The translations under genes were made by a program, and so were the position numbers. From contig NZ_JAFFQD010000005.1 in the NCBI RefSeq assembly GCF_016918565.1, forward strand, positions 111,833-135,832: a DNA stretch of 24,000 nt, read 5' to 3'. The stretch's first letter is position 1; each line of letters begins with the position of its first letter. Of the stretch, positions 18,239-24,000 are shown piece after piece. The notes under the pieces are model-generated. The model searched no databases and was not told where the DNA came from. It was given only the letters and a program-made list of their open reading frames with translations. This DNA comes from Desulfogranum marinum. Lineage in GTDB: Bacteria > Desulfobacterota > Desulfobulbia > Desulfobulbales > Desulfobulbaceae.

Positions 18239-18417
18239 TCGTAACTACTCACAGGCACCCTATATTCGAACGGTCATGATTTCCCGCATAGATAGGCTAA
18301 CGGAGTCTTCGCTTACCTGCGAAAAATCGTACCTGCCCAAATATGAGGCACCTGTAAGCGGTTACAGGTTTTAGGTATAATACATCAAAGAGTTATCAAC
18401 TCCGTGAGTAGTTACGA
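18239..18417. repeat. 14-bp perfect inverted repeat with 151-nt spacer in the letA upstream region
   Basis: TCGTAACTACTCAC (18239-18252) / GTGAGTAGTTACGA (18404-18417). The spacer holds the CGGAGTCTTCGCTTACC core (18301-18317) and an 8-bp hairpin ACCTGTAA-GCGG-TTACAGGT (18350-18369) followed by TTT. Confidence 0.5.
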
Positions 18418-18610
18418 TTTTTCATGAACATTGGTTCAAGCTTGCTGAGTTACACTCAAATTTCACTGTTGATCAGCATCAGCTGGAGTTTCATTTATCA
18501 CAATTTTCATGAGGAATGTGGACGATTGATATCAAAAGAATAACGGACAACGGCCAATGTCGCAATCCAGGAGACTGTTTTTTTCTGTTTTGTGAGACTG
18601 GAGAAGGGCC

Positions 18611-20845
18611 TCAGGAGTTTTGGCCGTTTTGTATAAATTGAGTAGCGTCGCTCTCCGGCATAGGTTTGGCAAAGAAATATCCCTGGGCTTCATTGCAGCC
18701 TAAAGTACGCAGCCAGTCAAGCTGCTCTCCTGTTTCTACGCCTTCAGCTATAACTTTTAGCTGCATTTGTTTGGACATTGCAATGATAGTGGAAACTATA
18801 CTTCTGCTATGGTTGTCATTGGCATCTATAAAGCGTTTGTCTATCTTGAGGGTGGAGACTGGCATTTCATTGAGATAGCTTAGGGAGGAATACCCAGTGC
18901 CAAAATCATCAATAGAGAAACTTATCCCTCGCTGACGGAATCTGTTCATGGTTTTCAGGGTATGGTGAATATCCTGCATGGCCGTTGTTTCGGTAATTTC
19001 AAACTCTATGTATTTATGGTCAATTCGATATTTGTGAAGAATGGTATCTATGGTTTCAACTATTTCCAGATTGTTAAAGGTCCGAGGAGCCATGTTGACG
19101 CTCACTGGGAGCAGAGAAGTACCTTGTGTATGTAATTTGTTAAGGAAAATACAGACCTCTTCCAGCACATAAAGGCTCATCTTGTCAATCAGGCCGGATT
19201 CCTCGGCAATCGGGATGAATTTATCCGGGCCGATGATGAGACCGTTTTTATTCCAGCGAATAAGCGCTTCAAAAGAGGTTAACCGTTCCGAAGGTATGTC
19301 TATTTTGGGCTGGTAATAAATAATAAATTCTTTTTTCTGTAAGCCGGTGCGAATGGAATTTTCAATACGAACATGGGTGAGGAAATTTTCATGCATTTCT
19401 TGGGTAAAGAGGACAAACTTATTTTTTCCCTCATCTTTGGCGCGGTACATAGCCATGTCCGCATTTTTAATGAGTTCATTGGTGTTCTTGCCATCATTGG
19501 GATAGGTGGCTATGCCGATACTGGCATTAATGAAAAGTTCACTGAAACCGATAACAAAAGGTTCCTGCAGGCAGGAGAGAATTCGCCCTGCCAAGTGAAA
19601 TATACCGCTTTCATTTTCAATGGATTCGCTGAGGAGGATAAACTCATCGCCACCAAGGCGGGAAAGAGTGTCTTCTTGGCGGATAACCTGGTTAATCCTT
19701 TTTGAAACCTGGATGAGAACTTCGTCGCCCTTGTCGTGGCCGAGAGTGTCATTAATATTTTTAAAATTATCAAGATCGATAAAGAGTACAGCCAATGTCC
19801 CGGCCTCTCTTTTTGCCTTTGAGATGGCTTTGGTTAAGCGTGCTTCAAGCGCAGCCCTGTTGGGTAGCTTAGTCAGCGCATCGCGGTAGGCCATGATGGA
19901 TATCTGCTTTTCTTTTTCCTTTAATTCGCTGATGTCATGGAAAAAGGCAAAGTAGTGAGTGGTATTGTTGTCTTTATCTTTGAGTTGACTGATCGACAGC
20001 CATTCCGGACAGATGGTTCCATCTTTTTTGCGATTGATAATTTCGCCAAACCAGGAACCGTTTTTTTGTAAAGACTGCCACATCTTTCTGTAGAAGTTCG
20101 CCGACTGTTGTCCGGAACTGAGCATGTTGGGGTTCCGGCCGATTGCTTCTTGGGGTTGATAGCCGGTTATATCTGTGAAAGATTTGTTGACAGTGAGGAT
20201 ACGGGCATCCTTGTCGGTGACAATAATGCCTTCAATGGCATGCTCAAAAAGATTTTTAAAAAGCTGGAGATAATTTTCGGCACTTTTCCTTGTTGCTATC
20301 TCTGAGAGCAATTTTTCGTGGGTTTGTTCGCGGGTGAGGATTTCGCTTTTGAGTTGATCATGGACAGCTTCGCTGGTTTGTTGTTCAGCGTTGAGTTGTT
20401 CTTTCGTTTGATGCAGTTGTTCGATCAGTATATTGAAGGTGCTGCCTATCTGCGCCAGTTCCTTGTATGTCCGGCGGCTCAGGTGAAGGGGTTCAAAGGT
20501 GCTGATATTTTGTGCTGTGTGTTGAACAAACTGGATGAGTGGTCGAACCAGAATTTTGGTGGCGAAAAATGCGAGAAGCAGAGCGAGCAGGAAGGCTGCT
20601 GCAAACGCCGGCAGTAGTTTTTGCGGGGAGAAGACAATAACCATATCAGGCCGGGTATGTGGAGCTGTAATCCCGGCAATGAGCCTGAGTTCAGGAATTT
20701 CTCTGAATGCTATATTTTTGTCCGCGGGGTTGCTACTGTTGCTCGGAATCCAGCTGTAGCTGTGAAACCCATTTTTTTCTCCCCATACTTTTTCAGCAAG
20801 CGTTGCAAATTCTTCCGCTATTTCAGCAGAGAGATTTTCCTTCAC
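18611..20845 (-). CDS. c-di-GMP turnover sensor fragment: partial periplasmic domain, TM, HAMP, coiled coil, PAS, GGDEF, EAL
   Basis: 744 aa as called (GTG start overlapping the upstream stop, GTGA). TM plus HAMP (AAAFLLALLLAFFATKILVRPLIQF...). PAS (IEGIIVTDKDARILTVNKSFTDITGY). GGDEF (RLGGDEFILL). EAL (FEALIRW, DDFGTGYSSLSYL, EGVET). It begins mid-domain with no N-terminal TM or signal, so it is probably the 3' part of a split gene. Confidence 0.8.
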   Translation of the reverse strand: MKENLSAEIAEEFATLAEKVWGEKNGFHSYSWIPSNSSNPADKNIAFREIPELRLIAGITAPHTRPDMVIVFSPQKLLPAFAAAFLLALLLAFFATKILVRPLIQFVQHTAQNISTFEPLHLSRRTYKELAQIGSTFNILIEQLHQTKEQLNAEQQTSEAVHDQLKSEILTREQTHEKLLSEIATRKSAENYLQLFKNLFEHAIEGIIVTDKDARILTVNKSFTDITGYQPQEAIGRNPNMLSSGQQSANFYRKMWQSLQKNGSWFGEIINRKKDGTICPEWLSISQLKDKDNNTTHYFAFFHDISELKEKEKQISIMAYRDALTKLPNRAALEARLTKAISKAKREAGTLAVLFIDLDNFKNINDTLGHDKGDEVLIQVSKRINQVIRQEDTLSRLGGDEFILLSESIENESGIFHLAGRILSCLQEPFVIGFSELFINASIGIATYPNDGKNTNELIKNADMAMYRAKDEGKNKFVLFTQEMHENFLTHVRIENSIRTGLQKKEFIIYYQPKIDIPSERLTSFEALIRWNKNGLIIGPDKFIPIAEESGLIDKMSLYVLEEVCIFLNKLHTQGTSLLPVSVNMAPRTFNNLEIVETIDTILHKYRIDHKYIEFEITETTAMQDIHHTLKTMNRFRQRGISFSIDDFGTGYSSLSYLNEMPVSTLKIDKRFIDANDNHSRSIVSTIIAMSKQMQLKVIAEGVETGEQLDWLRTLGCNEAQGYFFAKPMPESDATQFIQNGQNS

Positions 20846-21552
20846 CGATTTTGAGTGCCATATATGACCATCTTGAAAAAAAGGACAATCTCATGCTCGG
20901 CCCAAGAGGGAGTCTGGGCGATTGCGGCTTGAATGTCCTCAATGTTGATGAATGCTACAGCCTCGTCAACTGCAATACTGGTAATTATCTGCCAGCCCCA
21001 TGGTTTAAAAAAGGTAACGTAACCAAGCTTGGAAACAGCAGTTGATTGATTTATCTTATCGTGGGTGGTGAAAGTGTAAAAGCCCTGCCGGGGGATTTCC
21101 TGTTGTTGATTTGATTTTTTGCCATGATAGGTTCTTCCTATCATGGCACTTTGGGGGTGGGCTCTGATCGTACTCTGCGCATCAATGGCAAAATTATAGG
21201 AGGATTTACCCCCTTGCCGACCTGTGATGATGCTGCCTGCAAGCCATTGCGCTTCATCAAGAGAAAGAGCACCTGCTCGAAATTTATCCTGCAGTGTCTG
21301 CAGGGCATCAAGTTGGTTTTCCGCTGTAGTTCTCAGATGGTTACGTCTTGCTCTATCTGCTGAGGACACAATTTGCCGCTGCAGCACCAGCGCAAGCGAT
21401 TGGAGAGTTTGTTTTTGGCTGTCATTAGTGGGGTGAAAGAGGGGGAAATACGCGTAGAAGCCTGTGGTAAACAAAAAGAATAACAAGATCACAAATATGG
21501 TGAGAAATGTGATGTGTTTTGCACGGAACGGGCCGCGAAAATTGATGCGCAA
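20842..21552 (-). CDS. N-terminal fragment of the same sensor: TM anchor plus Cache-like periplasmic domain
   Basis: 236 aa with a weak TTG start and no SD. TM HITFLTIFVILLFFLFTTGFYAYF. Cache-type motifs SYNFAIDAQSTIRAHPQSAMIG and LGYVTFFKPWGWQIITSIAVDE. No output domain of its own. Confidence 0.6.
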   Translation of the reverse strand: MRINFRGPFRAKHITFLTIFVILLFFLFTTGFYAYFPLFHPTNDSQKQTLQSLALVLQRQIVSSADRARRNHLRTTAENQLDALQTLQDKFRAGALSLDEAQWLAGSIITGRQGGKSSYNFAIDAQSTIRAHPQSAMIGRTYHGKKSNQQQEIPRQGFYTFTTHDKINQSTAVSKLGYVTFFKPWGWQIITSIAVDEAVAFINIEDIQAAIAQTPSWAEHEIVLFFKMVIYGTQNR

Positions 21553-21577
21553 AGTGGTTAACCTGTTTTGTTAAAAC

Positions 21578-21602
21578 GCCACTGATCCATTGGATCAGTG
21601 GC
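21578..21602. promoter_or_regulatory. Perfect 25-nt palindrome upstream of the sensor gene
   Basis: GCCACTGATCCA-T-TGGATCAGTGGC, 26 nt upstream of the TTG start. On the minus strand it is followed by GTTTTAA. It could be an operator or an RNA hairpin; its role is unknown. Confidence 0.4.
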
Positions 21603-21854
21603 AGCGGCCTGGCTTGGAAGATTCACCTCTCTCCTCCATTATTTTGCATGGTTGCATGCCCTCACAAAGGTTATCTGGTATTCAATTCGAACAATGCATA
21701 CAAAAAAACATCTGTAGCAACCAGTATATAGAAGCTAGGGCAAATAGTCCAATATAATCATTTAGTTTGCTGAATGCCTTTTTTATCTGGTTATCCCGGT
21801 TGAAATGTGTATTGTTCACCATCTTCAAGAATAAACCGAAAATTTTAAAAAAAT

Positions 21855-23243
21855 ATGAGTACGACCAAGACTACCATCTCGCCGTTCAGCCTGCTCAATA
21901 TAAAGCTTTTCCTTCTGTTTCGGGTGCTTTTTAATGCCAGATTTTACTATCCTGTATTTACCATTCTTTTTCTTGATTACGGCTTGACTCTGGAACAGTT
22001 TGCCCTGCTGAATACCGTTTGGGCATTTACCATTGTTTTGGCCGAGGTTCCCCTGGGGGTGGTAGCGGATCTGATCGGTAGAAAGCGTTTGCTGGTAGGA
22101 ACGACTCTTTTAATGATTACTGAGTTGGCCGTGATAGCCTTTGTGCCACTTGGAAACGGTACCCTTATATTTTCAGCGTTTTTGGTGAACAGGATATTAA
22201 GCGGTTTGGCTGAAGCAATGGCCAGCGGTGCTGATGAGGCGATGGCCTATGATACACTGGTTGAGGCGGGCATTCGGGAAGAGTGGTCCAGGGTGCTCGA
22301 TTTGCAGATGCGTTGCCAAAATTTCGGTTATATCTTTGCCATGACCATCGGTGCCGTGGTTTACGATCCCGGTATGGTTAATCGTTTTCTTCACCTGTTT
22401 GGCTATACAGGTATGCTTTCCCTGCAGGTAACCATGCGTTTTCCTCTTTATCTGACTCTGCTGCTCGCTATTGTAGCGTGGATGACAACCATGCGTATGC
22501 GCGATCCGCAAGTAGTTTTCAAGCAAGAGCAGGAGGAATCGGCGCAGTTAAGTGTTATGGAGATGACCCGCCAGACCATGGCTGCCGGCAGCTGGATCAT
22601 ACGCACTCCTTTGGCGCTGGCTATTATCCTTTTTGCCATGACCTTTGACCATACCCTGCGCATGATTGTTACCATGACCAGCCAGTATTATCGTTTGATC
22701 AACCTGCCGGAAGCCAGCTTTGGTCTGTTGGGGTCAGGTGTGGCTGTTTTAGGTTTATTGGTTCCCAGAATAGCAAGGGGCATGACTGAACGTTTCTCGC
22801 TTGCCAAAAACCTGGTTGTGCTCACTCTGCTGGCATTGGCCACTTTGTTTATTCTGCCGTTATTTATTCCCTATTACGGTTTCATTCCGATGATGTTTGT
22901 CTTTATAGGGATGATGATGACCTCTTTTTTTACCAGCTATTATCTTAATGAACTTGCAGCCTCCGAGCAGCGGGCAACAGTGCTCAGTTTTAAAGGCCTG
23001 GCCTTCAATGCGGCATACGGACTGATCGGTATTTTTTATGCAGTGTTGATCCAGCAATTGCGAGAACTGCAAGGCAGTCAGCATCCTGGGTGGACAACAC
23101 AACTGGTTGAAAATGAGGCCTTTAAAATTTCCATGGGCTGGTTTCCCTGGTATATGATTGTAGTACTGGCGCTGGTAGCATTGATTTGTCTGCCAAGATT
23201 GCGATCAGCCAAAAAAAGTGATGCCGGGGGTAGTGCATCTTAA
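21855..23243 (+). CDS. MFS-family transporter
   Basis: 462 aa with about 12 hydrophobic segments. MFS loop 2-3 signature-like VVADLIGRKRLLV. Central hydrophilic loop (RDPQVVFKQEQEESAQ). Substrate not inferable. Confidence 0.8.
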   Translation: MSTTKTTISPFSLLNIKLFLLFRVLFNARFYYPVFTILFLDYGLTLEQFALLNTVWAFTIVLAEVPLGVVADLIGRKRLLVGTTLLMITELAVIAFVPLGNGTLIFSAFLVNRILSGLAEAMASGADEAMAYDTLVEAGIREEWSRVLDLQMRCQNFGYIFAMTIGAVVYDPGMVNRFLHLFGYTGMLSLQVTMRFPLYLTLLLAIVAWMTTMRMRDPQVVFKQEQEESAQLSVMEMTRQTMAAGSWIIRTPLALAIILFAMTFDHTLRMIVTMTSQYYRLINLPEASFGLLGSGVAVLGLLVPRIARGMTERFSLAKNLVVLTLLALATLFILPLFIPYYGFIPMMFVFIGMMMTSFFTSYYLNELAASEQRATVLSFKGLAFNAAYGLIGIFYAVLIQQLRELQGSQHPGWTTQLVENEAFKISMGWFPWYMIVVLALVALICLPRLRSAKKSDAGGSAS

Positions 23244-23431
23244 CAGGTAGCTGCTTTGTCGGTTTTAGAAAGGAGCTGTGTTTGATTAATGACGATGTTG
23301 GGTATACCCACCCGCTAGCTCGCATTTCTTATCAGTCCAGGCAAGCGCTCTTGAAGGCACAGACAGTTCTTGTGACCGATGAAATGACAAAATAACTTTA
23401 CCCAACAATAATGACAAAACAGGAGACAGGA

Positions 23432-24000
23432 ATGAGAACGATTTTCGGTTTCAGGTTGGTGGGGACAATTCTTCTTGTTTTAGTGTTGTTAGCAGGAGGC
23501 CCTTCGACCTTTGCATCTGGTGAAGAACCTGATCCGGCCGCTGAGGAAGCCATCAGTGCTGCCACAAACCCTCAAGAAATAGATGCTGTACTTGCCAGGC
23601 TGAGCGACAGTGAGATCCGTAAATTACTCATAGAAGAACTGGGCAAAACTGCCGCCGAAGCAACGGCTGTGCCTGAATCGAAAAGCGGTTTAGTAGCATC
23701 TCTACAAGAGTGGCTTCATGCTATTGATACAAATGACGATCAAAGCGGGGCAGGTGGGGTGCGTCTTTTGCCGTTTTTCCTACAAATACCTGGAGAAGCG
23801 GGCCGCGCCCTGATGCAGATTGGTGACGGCCATTTTGGCAGATTATTTCTCAATCTATTTCTAATAGCTCTCTCCCTTGGGCTGGGCTTGGGCGTAGAGT
23901 GGTTTTTTCGGCGAATGACAGGTGAAACCTTTCTCCAAGCACCGCCTCCGGTGGGAGAAGAAGATGAAGGGGTCGCCCGACTGTGGGGGGCTTGCGTTGC
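23432..24000 (+). CDS. 5' part of a signal-peptide-bearing membrane protein (runs off the window end); function unknown
   Basis: AGGAGA RBS 5 nt upstream of ATG 23432. MRTIFGFRLVGTILLVLVLLAGGPSTFA|SGEEP, an acidic/Ala-rich segment, then TM LFLNLFLIALSLGLGLGVEWFF. Open to position 24000 and absent from the ORF track because no stop lies in the window. The N-terminal layout is reminiscent of large mechanosensitive-channel proteins, but that is unproven. Confidence 0.55.
   Translation, partial: MRTIFGFRLVGTILLVLVLLAGGPSTFASGEEPDPAAEEAISAATNPQEIDAVLARLSDSEIRKLLIEELGKTAAEATAVPESKSGLVASLQEWLHAIDTNDDQSGAGGVRLLPFFLQIPGEAGRALMQIGDGHFGRLFLNLFLIALSLGLGLGVEWFFRRMTGETFLQAPPPVGEEDEGVARLWGACV

Larger units (their letters stand above)
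18611..21552 (-). pseudogene. Alternative reading of the two ORFs above: one ~980-aa Cache-TM-HAMP-PAS-GGDEF-EAL gene interrupted by a 1-nt frameshift in an A7/T7 tract (20876-20882)
   Basis: The downstream frame is open back to 20890. Making the tract 8 nt long gives a continuous ...AEHEIVLFFQDGHIWHSKSVKENLSAEI..., a plausible second 'ffxdxdGxxxxH' Cache strand-loop motif. Confidence 0.45.

Noticed and set aside
21595-21639. 14-codon minus-strand ORF MEERGESSKPGRCH* starting at ATG 21639
   Set aside because: It has no SD. The GGAGGAG it contains more plausibly serves the GTG at 21626 in another frame.
21603-21850. c-di-GMP (GEMM-type) riboswitch in the long leader of the GGDEF-EAL sensor
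   Set aside because: I read the minus strand for the conserved GCAAA/ACGCAAAGCC-type cores and the paired P1/P2 hairpins and found none. Only a short GCATG-CAAC-CATGC hairpin is present.
23249-23277. Weak hairpin AGCTGCTTT-N11-AAAGGAGCT after the MFS gene as a terminator
   Set aside because: The stem has an internal mismatch and only GTGTTTG follows it, which is insufficient to call a terminator.
1-24000. Defence island, mobile element, CRISPR, tRNA or rRNA content
   Set aside because: I found no nuclease, helicase, STAND-ATPase, integrase or transposase motifs, no spaced direct-repeat arrays, and no tRNA T-arm consensus. The GGTTCAAGC at about 18433 lacks flanking stems. The window reads as ordinary chromosome with a few unusual genes.

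Overview
Chromosomal-looking window of moderate GC content. I saw no integrase, transposase, phage, toxin-antitoxin, restriction-modification, CRISPR, tRNA or rRNA hallmarks. Gene order: (1) a compact plus-strand cluster with an ECF sigma factor, a membrane anti-sigma factor with an AMPK-beta/CBM48-like periplasmic domain, a lipoprotein with a second copy of that fold, a secreted helical protein with a ~90-aa Gly/Ser tail, a possible small peptide ORF and a terminator; (2) feoA-feoB ferrous iron uptake; (3) a 1418-aa protein with ~915 aa of unrecognisable N-terminal sequence fused to the ATP-grasp and phosphohistidine swivel domains of pyruvate phosphate dikinase, but lacking the PEP/pyruvate TIM barrel; it is tightly followed by (4) a Cu(I) P1B-type ATPase with three CxxC metal-binding domains and (5) an uncharacterised polytopic membrane protein; (6) a minus-strand PqiA/LetA-like plus seven-MCE-domain LetB-like envelope-spanning lipid transport pair, bracketed by structured intergenic repeats; (7) a minus-strand Cache-TM-HAMP-PAS-GGDEF-EAL c-di-GMP sensor that is split into two ORFs at an A7 homopolymer; (8) an MFS transporter; (9) the 5' part of a signal-peptide-bearing membrane protein. 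The best candidates for something undescribed are the orphan half-dikinase coupled to copA and the ECF/CBM48/Gly-Ser-tail cluster. Both rest on motif-level reading only and need HMM or structure searches.
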